Source of the DNA: an uncultured Candidatus Saccharibacteria bacterium
GTDB lineage: Bacteria > Patescibacteriota > Doudnabacteria > UBA920 > 2-01-FULL-46-14
Reading direction: 5' to 3'
NCBI GenBank assembly: GCA_964565195.1
Contig: CAZMCQ010000004.1
Coordinates: 133 to 64,132, forward strand
Length of the DNA stretch: 64,000 nt
In this document: in pieces, positions 8,541 to 18,483 of the stretch
Numbering within the stretch: position 1 is the first letter of the stretch
How the letters are laid out: each line of letters begins with the position of its first letter
Program-made: the position numbers and the translations under genes
The notes under the pieces: model-generated
The model's database searches: none
The model's input: the letters and a program-made list of their open reading frames with translations, nothing else
What the model was told of the DNA's origin: nothing

Positions 8541-9797
8541 ATGATGATTACCAGAAAATCATTTCTATTCCTGCTGGTTTTGGCGGTCGCGTTTTTTCCC
8601 GGGGTCGTGTCAGCCGCAGCCCTCACTTATAACGCGGACGTCACCGTCACCCTGACTTCTCCCGCGATTAACTACACTATTATCTCCGGCTCCGCAGCGA
8701 CCGAAGTGGTTGTCAATGCCGGCAATGTCCAGGCCACGGTCCCGGCAGACAGCCAGTTTCAGCTCTCTTCCGCGAACCGCAGTCTGACGGTTCTGAAAAG
8801 CGATGGCTCGACCACTTCCCGAGTCTCGATTTCCTGTTCAAATCTCAATGTTGACACAGCTACTGTCTTAACCGGCAGTTCTGTGGAAACTTTGATTTTT
8901 TATCCCAATGCCAGCCAGTGCGCCGGCGGCGCCGGCGGTGGGGGTGGGGGCGGCGGGGGTGGGGGCGGCGGTTCGCCGACCCCAACACCGACTCCGACCC
9001 CAACACCTACGCCCACGCCTACCCCGACCCCAACACCGACTCCGGGTACGCAGGGCAGCAGTGCCACGAGCGCGCACGCCAACGGCACTTTGATTCTGGA
9101 TACAGACGGTACCATCTACCTCATTGTCAATGGCCAGCGCCAGGGTTTCCGCAACCCCGAGGAGTATTTCTCGCACGGCTATGAGTTCAGCCAGGCGGTC
9201 TCTGCCAATGACGCGGACCGCGCGCTGCCCGGCGCTTCCGGCAGCGCGGCCGTGGCCAAGGCGCTCGACGGCACGCTCGTTTTGGACAAAACCGACAACC
9301 GCACGATCTATATGATCGCGGATGGCAAGAAAGCCGGCTTTACCTCGGCAGATATTTTCCTGGCCCTCGGCTACAAATTCAGCCAGGCCGTTCCCGTTGA
9401 CCTTTCCGATTATGAAGCCACGAGCCCGATCGACGATATCGCCAAACCGCATCCAAACGGCGCTTTGGTTCTCGATAAAACGGATGGCCGGACAGTGTGG
9501 TGGGTATTGAACGGCGTGCGCCAGGGTTTCCAGTCAGCGGAAGTGTATTACACTTATGGTTTTGATTTCAGCAAGATCGTCCCGGCGACTGACGCCGACA
9601 TGGCGTTGACTGTCGGCGACGTCGTAAAATTCCGCGACGGGACACTCGTTAAGGATGGGGAAACTTACTACCTCATTTCTGATGGAACCAAACGTCCGTT
9701 TGCGAGCGCGGATACGCTCACAGCGCGCGGGTATACCTTGGCCAGTGTCATCAATGCTGACTTGAGCGTCTACTCAAGCGGCGCAGGGATTCAATAG
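8541..9797 (+). CDS. Secreted protein with a poly-Gly/(PT)n linker and 4 tandem repeats of about 55 aa of unknown domain.
   Basis: Signal peptide; [39 protein letters not shown]; repeats of the form (N/D)G(T/A)L(V/I)LD.TD..T.Y.I..G.R.GF.S.......GY.FS..V. Confidence 0.7.
   Translation: [418 protein letters not shown]
8933..9050 (+). repeat. Low-complexity poly-GGN then ACN-CCN (PT) microsatellite-like coding repeat.
   Basis: ggcggtgggggtgggggcggcgggggtgggggcggcgg followed by ccgaccccaacaccgactccgaccccaacacc... Confidence 0.8.
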
Positions 9798-12064
9798 CCG
9801 CCAATATCAAAATAACCTTTTGTAGAACTCGCCGCAGAGGCGAGTTCTGCTATTGTCGCTCCCGCGGGCGGTGGTTCTGGCTCGGGCGGCGGGGGTAGGT
9901 AGGGATAAAAATTATTCGCGGCGAGCCACTTCTGGACACCCTGTTCCCAGTGCGGATCATTTGGTTTTTCGCTGTGGTAAACTGGCACAACGGAGATTTC
10001 TTCGCCAATTTGGATGGACTGGTACAAATCATCCGCGCCAGGAAGGTTGTCGGCGGTGAAAATTTCAATTTTGGTTTCTTGCGTCCGCTTGCCCGGCAAC
10101 TTGCCGGAAATTTTATCAACCGCGAGTTCGATTATCCCCTCGGGCCTCGCGAATTCTTCGGGCAGCGTGTCCGCGAGCGCGCGGCGCATAAATTCGTTCC
10201 AAATGGGCGCGGCCACCACTGACCCGTCGCTGCCTGCGCGCATGGGACGGTTATCATTGTTCCCCACCCACACGCCGGCGACGAGAGAGGGCGTATAGCC
10301 GATCGTCCAGGCATCGCGGTTGTTTTGCGTGGTGCCGGTCTTCGCGGCCACTGGCCGGTCGGGCAATACCAAATTTTTGCTAAGCGAGCCGAAGATAAAT
10401 TTGCGCGTCTCGCGGTCGGAGAGGATGCTGGTGATCTGATAGGCAATCGGCGGATCCAGAACCTGCTTCGGAAAGCGCGCCTCGCCATCATCCAAAATAT
10501 TACCGACGCGGTCAGTAACGCGCATAATGGCCTGCGGGGCGTGTCTCGCTCCATTTGTCGCAAACACGCCAAACGCCGAGGTGTGGTCAAGCAGGGTTAC
10601 CTCGGCCCCGCCGAGAACGATGGCCGGGCCGTATTTTTGGGAATCGGCGAGCGTGGTGATGCCCATGGCGCGGGCCGTGGCAACGGATTTATCAATGCCG
10701 GTGAGGAGCAAGGTTTTGACCGCCGGGATATTGAGCGAGCCGGCCAGCGCCTGCCGAACGGAAACCGGTCCATGCTCGCGGCCGTCATAATTGCGCGGGA
10801 TATAATCACGGCTGCCGTAGCGGCCGAAATTGGTGCGAACGTCCATCAGCATGGTCGCGGGGTTCATGCCATTCATAAAGGCCGTGGCATAAACATAGGG
10901 CTTAAAGGACGAGCCTGGCTGCCTCGGACGCGTGGCCACATTCACCTGGCCGTCGTGGGCCAAATCAAAATAATTGCGGCTGCCGACCATAGCGAGGATT
11001 TCCCCGGTTCGAGGATCAATGGCGACCAGCGCGGCATTGCCGGCGTGGTAACGTTTTTCGTTTTTCGGCCCCTCGCGCCGGATGATTTCTTCGCCAAGCT
11101 TTTGCAGCGAGAGATCCAGAGTCGTTACGACTTGCAAACCTTGCCGCAGCTGCTCTTCGCTGTAGGTTTTTTTCAGTTCTTCGATCACGTGCATTACAAA
11201 ATGCGGCGCTTGAATGGGCGCGACCGGTTTTTTAAATGCGACCGTTTGCTCGGCGGCCAGCAGCGCCTGCCCGGGCGAAAGATAGCCCTGTTCGGTCATA
11301 AGCTTGATGATTAAACGCGCCCGCGCGTCCAGCTCCTCGCGATGCGCGCCATAGGGCGAGTAATAGGTCGGCGCTTTGGGCAGGGCGGCAAGATAAGCTG
11401 CTTCCATCACCGTGAGCTCGCGCACGTGCTTGCCGAAAAAAGTCTGGCTGGCGGCCTCCACGCCGTAGGCGTTCGAACCATAGGGGATGCGGTTTAAATA
11501 CATATCCAGGATTTCCGTTTTGCTATAAAGGCGTTCCAGTTCCAGGCTTAAAACCGCTTCCTGAAATTTTCTCACGAAAGTCTTCCGGCGGCTTAGAATC
11601 GAAGCGCGCACCAGCTGCTGGGAAATCGTGCTCCCTCCCTCCCGCAGCGAGCGGGTGCGGAGATTGACCAGCGCCGCGCGGACGATGCTGGTGGGGTTCA
11701 CGCCGATGTGGGTATAAAAATTTTTATCTTCAATAGCAATCGTCGCATTTTGAACGCTCATCGGGATCTCGGCGAGCGGAATCGGGGTGCGCTTGACCTC
11801 GCCATATAGTTCGTAAAGCCGAGTGCCGCTTCTGTCATAGATTTTGGTGGACTCCGGAAAATCCATTGCGAGAAGTTCCACGCTCGGTTTGAAAAAAAAC
11901 ATCGCGAACAGCCCCGCGCTCGTAACGAGCAGGGTGACGGCAAGTTTGTTGGTGCGCTTTCCAGTCAAAAACCTCGAATTTTTTTCGGGGTTTTTGTTCT
12001 CTTCCTGTTCGGGTTCCCGGCCGGTTTGCGTGTTGGCGCCGCGATCGGTTTTGTCGTCCGCCAT
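9791..12064 (-). CDS. Class A penicillin-binding protein (bifunctional transglycosylase/transpeptidase, PBP1A-like) with a Pro-rich C-terminal tail.
   Basis: GT51 motifs IEDKNFYTHIGVNP and RIPYGSNAYGVEAASQTFFGK; transpeptidase motifs SSFKP, SLN, KTGT. Confidence 0.9.
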   Translation of the reverse strand: MADDKTDRGANTQTGREPEQEENKNPEKNSRFLTGKRTNKLAVTLLVTSAGLFAMFFFKPSVELLAMDFPESTKIYDRSGTRLYELYGEVKRTPIPLAEIPMSVQNATIAIEDKNFYTHIGVNPTSIVRAALVNLRTRSLREGGSTISQQLVRASILSRRKTFVRKFQEAVLSLELERLYSKTEILDMYLNRIPYGSNAYGVEAASQTFFGKHVRELTVMEAAYLAALPKAPTYYSPYGAHREELDARARLIIKLMTEQGYLSPGQALLAAEQTVAFKKPVAPIQAPHFVMHVIEELKKTYSEEQLRQGLQVVTTLDLSLQKLGEEIIRREGPKNEKRYHAGNAALVAIDPRTGEILAMVGSRNYFDLAHDGQVNVATRPRQPGSSFKPYVYATAFMNGMNPATMLMDVRTNFGRYGSRDYIPRNYDGREHGPVSVRQALAGSLNIPAVKTLLLTGIDKSVATARAMGITTLADSQKYGPAIVLGGAEVTLLDHTSAFGVFATNGARHAPQAIMRVTDRVGNILDDGEARFPKQVLDPPIAYQITSILSDRETRKFIFGSLSKNLVLPDRPVAAKTGTTQNNRDAWTIGYTPSLVAGVWVGNNDNRPMRAGSDGSVVAAPIWNEFMRRALADTLPEEFARPEGIIELAVDKISGKLPGKRTQETKIEIFTADNLPGADDLYQSIQIGEEISVVPVYHSEKPNDPHWEQGVQKWLAANNFYPYLPPPPEPEPPPAGATIAELASAASSTKGYFDIGGY

Positions 12065-12165
12065 TGTTTATCACCCCCTTCCAGTTTTACTATAGTGAAC
12101 CAGCAGTGAAAGACGGATTAAAAAAATAATCGCCTGGCCGTTCACAGAATTTTAATTGTTCCGGG

Positions 12166-12489
12166 TTGTATAATCAAACCATGCGATTCGTAATTTTTCT
12201 CGTAAATTTCGTAACGGGAATCGCCGAGGCGATCCTCGGTATCCGCCTCGTGTTGAAGCTGCTCGGCGCAAACCGCGCCGCACCCTTCGTGCAGTGGATT
12301 TACGATATGAGCCAGCCGCTGCTGCGGCCGTTTTTGGGGATTTTTCCCTCGCCGGTGCTCGACCGGATCTATGTTTTGGAGTTCACGACGCTGTTCGCGA
12401 TCCTGATTTACGCGCTGTTTGGCTATTTTCTCGACGAATTGCTGCGTTATTTGTCTTACCGGCTGAATCTCAAGCCGCCTAGGCCTTGA
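12166..12489 (+). CDS. YggT-family small membrane protein.
   Basis: IRLVLKLLGANRAAPFVQWIY...PLLRPF...RIYVLEF pattern typical of YggT; extended -10 TGTATAAT immediately upstream. Confidence 0.55.
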   Translation: MYNQTMRFVIFLVNFVTGIAEAILGIRLVLKLLGANRAAPFVQWIYDMSQPLLRPFLGIFPSPVLDRIYVLEFTTLFAILIYALFGYFLDELLRYLSYRLNLKPPRP

Positions 12490-13147
12490 TTTTATAACCC
12501 GTGCCGTGAATTGTATGGATCAGCGGTTTCAAGCCTGGGGTATCAATTTTTTGCCGCAGGCGCGTGATGTAAACGTCGATGACGTTGCTTTTGACGTAGT
12601 TGAAGCCCCAGATGTGTTCGTTGATCATGGTTCGCGTGCAGACGCGGCCTTCGTTGCGGATGAGATATTCCAGGATGCGGTATTCTTTGCTGGTAAGTTT
12701 GATCGGTCGGTCGCCGCGGGACACTTCGTGCGAGAGCGAGTCCAGCACGAGGTCGCTGACCTCGAGTTGGTCGGGCTTCAGGGTTTGCGAGCGGCGGGCC
12801 AGGGCATGGATGCGCGCGACGAGTTCTCCCATCTCAAACGGCTTCACCATGTAGTCGTCCGCCCCCAAGTTTAGGCCCTGGATTTTATCGTCAGACAATT
12901 TTTTTTGGGCCGTCAAGATCAGTACCGGCGTAGCCAGCTGCAAGGCTCGCATTTCCCGGACCACCGCAAAGCCGTCTTTCTTCGGCAGCATCACGTCGAG
13001 AATGACTAAATCATAGTCATTGACGCTGATTTTTTTTATGGCCTGTTCCCCGTCTGAAGCGAGCTCCACGGTAAATTGCTCCTTTTCGAGAGCATCTTTG
13101 ATAAATTCAGCCAGTTTGGCCTCATCTTCGGCCAGTAATATCACCAT
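12479..13147 (-). CDS. OmpR-family response regulator (receiver plus winged-helix DNA-binding domain); orphan, with no kinase adjacent.
   Basis: ILLAEDE...DLVILDVMLPKKDG...LILTAQ receiver motifs; C-terminal YVKSNVIDVYITRLRQKID winged helix. Confidence 0.9.
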   Translation of the reverse strand: MVILLAEDEAKLAEFIKDALEKEQFTVELASDGEQAIKKISVNDYDLVILDVMLPKKDGFAVVREMRALQLATPVLILTAQKKLSDDKIQGLNLGADDYMVKPFEMGELVARIHALARRSQTLKPDQLEVSDLVLDSLSHEVSRGDRPIKLTSKEYRILEYLIRNEGRVCTRTMINEHIWGFNYVKSNVIDVYITRLRQKIDTPGLKPLIHTIHGTGYKIKA

Positions 13148-13245
13148 AATGTCATTATACCTGAATATTAAATTAAAGATTCATTAATTATGTTTGACGA
13201 CATTGAATTTGTTGTTCCATAAATTTTAATTTATAATTATGCTCC

Positions 13246-13272
13246 AAACCCCTCCCTTACTAAAAGGGGAGC
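13246..13272. repeat. GC-rich palindromic element, intergenic copy (CCCCTCCC...GGGGAG).
   Basis: aacccctcccttactaaaaggggagc upstream of the AAGGAGG RBS of the 13298 gene. Confidence 0.5.
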
Positions 13273-13297
13273 AAAAAGGAGGATAAAGATAAAAATA

Positions 13298-14101
13298 ATG
13301 GTAAAGCCTGCATTACGTCTTTACCGATCATTCGAACTGACTGCCGAGCAGACACCAGAGCTGCGTGAAGAACAACACAAATGGGACGCAAAACTCCGGG
13401 AGCGCTGGCCGCTTGCCCCCACGCATCTTAAGGAACTTGGACTCGTTAACGATGACTCTTACCGTCGGGAGTGCAAACTCTTTAAGCAATTTACCGGAAA
13501 CTTCATGCGAAAGGAGATTATAGATTTCACCGATAGTTTCCATCCACCCGAACCGGATTATTGGAAAATAATCCATATCGGAGTTGGGGAAGCAGACGAT
13601 TTCGGTTACCTGGCGGCTGCACGAAAGAAAGGGCTTGAGGTAATTGCTTTGGATATCAGCAGGGTGGCTTGTCTGAATGTTCGCGCGCATTTTCGGCAAA
13701 AGAGTTATTCTCTCGTTTCACCTGATCCGTACATCGGGCAGCGGATTTGGCAGGGAGATGTAGAACAGTGCTTTGCAGCAGACCTGAACCTGACTCATAT
13801 CGCAGGCCAGATTGGCTTGATATATGCTTCCCGGATTTTTCAGCACCTGCCTTTTCAGAAGCTCATGCGAACCCTGTTTAGTATGGGAGAGCTGCTCCGG
13901 CGGAGTGCCAGGCTGGTGATCGTCCATGCTTTTATGGAGGATAACCTGTCTATTCAATGGACAAAAAGCATCCCACACAGTCGAGATCTGATACTTTGTG
14001 GCCTCGAGGCAGGAGCGCAGATGCCGCTCAAAATTCTGCGGGAAGAAAAGGAGAAAGGTTGGTTCGGGCAAGTCTATACGGCTTTTACAGTCGGGACCTA
14101 A
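13298..14101 (+). CDS. Hypothetical protein, possibly a class I SAM-dependent methyltransferase fold.
   Basis: IIHIGVGEADDFGYLA ... LEVIALDISRVACLNV resemble MTase motifs I and II. Weak. Confidence 0.4.
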   Translation: MVKPALRLYRSFELTAEQTPELREEQHKWDAKLRERWPLAPTHLKELGLVNDDSYRRECKLFKQFTGNFMRKEIIDFTDSFHPPEPDYWKIIHIGVGEADDFGYLAAARKKGLEVIALDISRVACLNVRAHFRQKSYSLVSPDPYIGQRIWQGDVEQCFAADLNLTHIAGQIGLIYASRIFQHLPFQKLMRTLFSMGELLRRSARLVIVHAFMEDNLSIQWTKSIPHSRDLILCGLEAGAQMPLKILREEKEKGWFGQVYTAFTVGT

Positions 14102-14163
14102 GTTTTGTCAGGCGGAGTACTTCGAAATTTTCGGAATGCTCCGCCCGCCCTTTTAAGCAACTT

Positions 14164-15711
14164 ATGGATAAATCAATAGCAAATAGAATAACTCTTTTAA
14201 ATCAGACCGCGCTTGATTCGTTAAATGATGTCTCCGAGCGGGAGATAATCGGAAGATTTACTGAAACTGGAGTGAAGATCTTGGATGGCGATTTTGGTTT
14301 TGCCTGGCTCAAAGGCAAGGCTTCAAAGTATGAACTGGCTTACAAGAGCCCAGGCCTGCCTTACGAGCCGCCTCCACCGCGGCGCGGGGGCATTAATTAC
14401 CAAGTGAAAAGAACCCGAATCCCGTTTTTTGCCATTCGAGTTAAAAAAGAAACTGATCCCAGATATGATGTATCGCGATACATGGAAAGTTACGTGATTA
14501 TTCCTGTTTTTAGCAACAAGGTACGCTACGGCAATATTGTCATCTGTTTTGTGGAGCATCGGACTTTTTCCGCATACCAGAGAAGTTTATGCGCCTTTTT
14601 GGGTAATATCGCCGCCCAGGCCATAACTCTTCACGGGCTTTATAGTGATTTAAAACATTTCAAGGACAGCCTGGATCGCACGCTCGATTCAATTATCATT
14701 TTCGATTCCTCATCTTTCCGTATCGAATACGCCAATCACGGGGCAGCAGCTTTGCTAAATATCCCTCAAAACAAGCTGCTCAGGCAAAAGATCCTCGAGG
14801 TTTTGCCACAAGGGGCCAGGGCAAGGTTTATGGCTATCTTGCAGTCGCTGCTCAAAGATGAAAATAAGACTTTTGTTTTTGAAACCAACCTGCCCTCTGC
14901 CCAAAAAAAGAGTGTTTCTACTGAATTTTTCATTCAACTCATTGAAACTTCGAGCCAGCCAAGAAAATTTTTGATGATCGGTCAAGACATCAGCGGCCGG
15001 AAAATCTCGGAGAGACAGATTCAAAAACTCCTCCGGCAAAAGGATGAGTTTTTGGGCGTGGCGAGCCATGAGCTGCGCACGCCGATCACCACCATCAAAG
15101 GCTTTGCCCAGCTTTTGCAGAAAAGAAGTCTCTCCGGCGACAAGCAGATGAATTATTACGCGACCAAGATCAATACACAGACGGACAAACTCGCGCGGCT
15201 CGTGGAGGAATTGCTGGATGTTTCCAAAATTGAGGCTGGCAAACTCGCCCTCAAGCGCCAGAAAATTAAGCTTAATGATCTGCTGCAGGAGATCAGTGAA
15301 GGGCTGCAGTTGAGCACGACCCAGCACGAATTTATTTTGAACGGAAAGGTGCGCGGCTTCGTACCCGGCGATCCCGACCGCTTGAGCCAGGTCTTCACCA
15401 ATATTTTGGCCAACGCGATCAAGTATTCTCCAAACGGCGGGCAGATCATTGTGCGTCTGCGGCAAAAGCGCGGGGTCGCGCGCATCAGCATCCAGGATTT
15501 TGGCGTTGGTATTCCGAAGCGTCATCAGCGGCAGATTTTCAACCGGTTTTTTCAGGGCCGCAATGTCAGCGCCTTTCCCGGCCTGGGCCTCGGGCTTTAC
15601 ATCTCGCGGGAAATTGTGCGGCGACACGGCGGCGATATTTGGTTTGAAAGCGAGCAAGGCCAGGGGACGACTTTTCATGTGGAATTGCCGCGGAGAAAAA
15701 TAAGCGTATGA
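14164..15711 (+). CDS. Cytoplasmic sensor histidine kinase (GAF/PAS-like N-terminal region plus HisKA plus HATPase_c).
   Basis: H-box LGVASHELRTPITTIKGFAQLL; N/G-boxes NILANAIKYS, DFGVGIP, GLGLGLYISREIV. The track ORF begins at 13957 inside the upstream gene, so I place the start at the ATG at 14164, just after that gene's stop at 14101. Confidence 0.85.
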   Translation: MDKSIANRITLLNQTALDSLNDVSEREIIGRFTETGVKILDGDFGFAWLKGKASKYELAYKSPGLPYEPPPPRRGGINYQVKRTRIPFFAIRVKKETDPRYDVSRYMESYVIIPVFSNKVRYGNIVICFVEHRTFSAYQRSLCAFLGNIAAQAITLHGLYSDLKHFKDSLDRTLDSIIIFDSSSFRIEYANHGAAALLNIPQNKLLRQKILEVLPQGARARFMAILQSLLKDENKTFVFETNLPSAQKKSVSTEFFIQLIETSSQPRKFLMIGQDISGRKISERQIQKLLRQKDEFLGVASHELRTPITTIKGFAQLLQKRSLSGDKQMNYYATKINTQTDKLARLVEELLDVSKIEAGKLALKRQKIKLNDLLQEISEGLQLSTTQHEFILNGKVRGFVPGDPDRLSQVFTNILANAIKYSPNGGQIIVRLRQKRGVARISIQDFGVGIPKRHQRQIFNRFFQGRNVSAFPGLGLGLYISREIVRRHGGDIWFESEQGQGTTFHVELPRRKISV

Positions 15712-16097
15712 GTGTGCCGAAGAAAATTTTAATTGCCGAGGATGATCCGGGGATTTCCGAACTCATCGAGACCGTCTTGGAAGAGCGCGGCTACGCTGTG
15801 GAAATTTGCCCGGATGGACACGTGATGCAAGAGTTGCTCGCGGGCTTGCGTGAGAACGGTTTTATTCCGGACCTCATTTTGCTTGATCTTTGGATTCCGG
15901 GAATAGATGGAGAAAAAATGGCGCGGCTGTTAAAGAATAATACAGCGACCAGGCAAATTCGAATCGTTATTGTTTCCGCGCAGCGGAATCTGCAGGCGAT
16001 CGTGGACCGAACCGGCGCGGACGGGTTTCTCGCCAAACCGTTTGACATCGATACCTTGTTAGCCGTCGTTCGCCAGCACACCGGCGAAGTCGTATAA
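15708..16097 (+). CDS. Single-domain (CheY-like) response regulator, ATGA-coupled to the kinase.
   Basis: KILIAEDDPG...DLILLDLWIPGIDG...VIVSAQ...LAKPFD. Confidence 0.85.
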   Translation: MSVPKKILIAEDDPGISELIETVLEERGYAVEICPDGHVMQELLAGLRENGFIPDLILLDLWIPGIDGEKMARLLKNNTATRQIRIVIVSAQRNLQAIVDRTGADGFLAKPFDIDTLLAVVRQHTGEVV

Positions 16098-16104
16098 TTG
16101 CCAT

Positions 16105-16935
16105 ATGGTAACTCTGGCGGCCATCCAGCTCAAAGCCTCAATTGATTTGGATTACAATCTTGGGAAGGCGGTGCGTCTCGCGCGCGCGGCCGCGAGGAAA
16201 GGCGCGCAGATCATCTGCCTGCCCGAGCTGTATCGCACGATTTATTTTCCCCAATTCAAAAAGCAAGGCGCCAGGCATTATGCGGAAACTGTTCGCGGGC
16301 AGTCCTTTGCGCGATTGGCGGAAATTGCGAGGGACTTTGGCGTGGTGATCATCGCGCCCATCTATGAGCGGTCCGGACGCTCGTACTACAATACCGCGCT
16401 CGTGATTGACGAGCAGGGCCGCCTCCGGCCGCCCTACCGCAAGACCCATATCCCGTTTGACAAGTATTTCTACGAGAAAAATTATTTCAGGCGCGGGGAC
16501 ACCGGCTACCGCGTTTATAAAACTAAATTTGCGACATTTGCGGTGCTCATTTGCTACGACCAGTGGTTTCCGGAGGCCGCGCGCACGGTCGTGCTCCGAG
16601 GCGCGGAAATAATTTTCTACCCAACCGCCATTGGTTATATTGCGGGTTATAAATCTCCGGACGGCGACTGGCATGACGCCTGGGAGACGGTCATGCGCGG
16701 GCACGCGATCGCCAATGGCGTGCATATCGTGGCCGTGAACCGCACGGGCCGCGAGGGCCGGCTCCAGTTCTGGGGCCAGTCATTTGTCTCGGGCGCCTTT
16801 GGCAAGATTTTGGCACGGGCTGGCGCAAACCGCGAGCAGATTTTAATTACAAAAATAAATCTTGCGCATAATAAACGTATCCGTGAGGGTTGGGGGTTTT
16901 TGCGCAATCGCTGGCCTGACACGTATGAATTATAG
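16105..16935 (+). CDS. aguB: N-carbamoylputrescine amidase (carbon-nitrogen hydrolase family).
   Basis: CN-hydrolase catalytic Cys context LICYDQWFPE; E-K-C triad layout; adjacent to agmatine deiminase. Confidence 0.75.
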   Translation: MVTLAAIQLKASIDLDYNLGKAVRLARAAARKGAQIICLPELYRTIYFPQFKKQGARHYAETVRGQSFARLAEIARDFGVVIIAPIYERSGRSYYNTALVIDEQGRLRPPYRKTHIPFDKYFYEKNYFRRGDTGYRVYKTKFATFAVLICYDQWFPEAARTVVLRGAEIIFYPTAIGYIAGYKSPDGDWHDAWETVMRGHAIANGVHIVAVNRTGREGRLQFWGQSFVSGAFGKILARAGANREQILITKINLAHNKRIREGWGFLRNRWPDTYEL

Positions 16936-17902
16936 ACTGCCGGCCGAGTGGGAGGAGCATGCGGCAGTGTGGCTTTGCTGGCCGCACGACGAAATTACTT
17001 TTCCGGAGCGCCTTCCCAAAGTGGAACAGGAGTTTGTGAAGATCATCAGCGCGCTTCACGAAAGCGAGCGCGTGGCGCTCATTGTTTTGGATGAGCCGAT
17101 GCAGCGGCGCGCGGCCGCAATGCTGCAGGCGGCGGGAGTTGGATTAGATAAAATTACTTTTCACCAAACCCGCTACGTGGACGGCTGGCTGCGCGACTGC
17201 GCGCCGCTGTTTGTCCGCGATGAACATAACGACCTTGCGGCCTCCATCTGGCGGTTCAATGCCTGGGGCAATAAGTTTCCGGATCTGCTGCCGGACGCGG
17301 CCTTGTCAGAGAAGATTGCGAGTTGGCTGGCGCTTCCCGCTCGCCGGGCAAATTTGGTCCTGGAAGGCGGGGCGATTGAGGTCAACGGGCAGGGGGTGTG
17401 TCTCGCGACCGAGCAGTGTCTTTTAAACCCCAACCGCAACGGAAACATTACTTGGGAGGTGATGGAAAGCTATCTCAAGGATTATTTAGGCGTGCAGAAG
17501 ACGATCTGGCTCCCCGAGGGCATTGTCAATGATCACACCGACGGGCACATTGACGAGGTGGCGCGGTTTGTGAGCGAAAACAGGGTTGTTTGCGGCTACG
17601 AAGAGGATACCAGTGATCCGAACTATAAAATTCTGCAGGCCAGTTACGAAATTTTATCCCAACATTTTGAAGTTATAAAATTACCCATGCCGCACCAGGC
17701 GCTGCCCGCTTCTTATACTAATTTTTATATTGGTAATCAGGTCGTGTTGGCTCCGGTTTTCGGCGATCTCAATGATGAGCGAGCTTTGCAAATTCTAACC
17801 GAACAATTTCCGGGCCGGAAAATCGTGCCGATTGACTGCCGCGAGATCATTTCCGGCGGGGGCGCGGTGCACTGCCTTGTTATGCAGCAGCCAAAGCCAT
17901 GA
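16925..17902 (+). CDS. aguA: Agmatine deiminase.
   Basis: WLCWPHDE, GGAIEVNGQGVCL, DGHIDEVARFV, GGGAVHCLVMQQP (catalytic Cys). The start ATG at 16925 overlaps the end of aguB. Confidence 0.85.
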   Translation: MNYRLPAEWEEHAAVWLCWPHDEITFPERLPKVEQEFVKIISALHESERVALIVLDEPMQRRAAAMLQAAGVGLDKITFHQTRYVDGWLRDCAPLFVRDEHNDLAASIWRFNAWGNKFPDLLPDAALSEKIASWLALPARRANLVLEGGAIEVNGQGVCLATEQCLLNPNRNGNITWEVMESYLKDYLGVQKTIWLPEGIVNDHTDGHIDEVARFVSENRVVCGYEEDTSDPNYKILQASYEILSQHFEVIKLPMPHQALPASYTNFYIGNQVVLAPVFGDLNDERALQILTEQFPGRKIVPIDCREIISGGGAVHCLVMQQPKP

Positions 17903-18459
17903 AGAGAAGAATTTTATACCTTGTTTTGCTGATCGGTTTTCTGGCCGCGATTTTCTCGGCCTCGACTTATCTGCAGGATGTATTTTTTCGCTTCACTGAT
18001 GTTTTGGCGCGGTTTGTCGCGGCCCACGGGTTTTGGGGAGTGCTGATTTTTGTCGGCCTCGCCGCTCTCTCGGCCATGCTCGGGGCAGTCTCAAGCATTC
18101 CCTTGGTTCCCTCGGCAGTGCTGATCTGGGGCATTCCCCAGACCCTGGCCCTGCTCCTTTCCGGCTGGGTGATCGGCAATGTTTTTTCCTTTGGCGTCGG
18201 CCGCCGGTTTGGCTACCCGCTGGTGCAGCGCGTTGTCGGCAGGCAGCGCCTCTCGGCCTGGCTGTCCTCTTTGGAATCCCGGCTGTCTTTTTTTGTTTTG
18301 CTCCTGTTTCGCCTGACCACGCCCTCGGAAACCGGCTACGTCTTTGGCATTCTCAAGTATAATTTCTGGAAATATCTCCTGATTACCATGCTCTCGGAAA
18401 TCCCCATCGCGCTTATTGCGGTTTACGGCAGCGAGGTGTTTATTGACGTTTTAAGATAA
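17899..18459 (+). CDS. DedA/TVP38-family membrane protein.
   Basis: Hydropathy pattern and GxxxG(R)RFGYP motif; ATGA overlap with aguA. Confidence 0.55.
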   Translation: MKRRILYLVLLIGFLAAIFSASTYLQDVFFRFTDVLARFVAAHGFWGVLIFVGLAALSAMLGAVSSIPLVPSAVLIWGIPQTLALLLSGWVIGNVFSFGVGRRFGYPLVQRVVGRQRLSAWLSSLESRLSFFVLLLFRLTTPSETGYVFGILKYNFWKYLLITMLSEIPIALIAVYGSEVFIDVLR

Positions 18460-18483
18460 AACCGTTAAAGTTTAGGACAGGAA

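Noticed and set aside
13957-14163. The ORF-track start of the histidine kinase at 13957.
   Set aside because: It overlaps the 3' 145 nt of the upstream gene in another frame. The in-frame ATG at 14164 directly follows the upstream stop and gives a sensible N-terminus.
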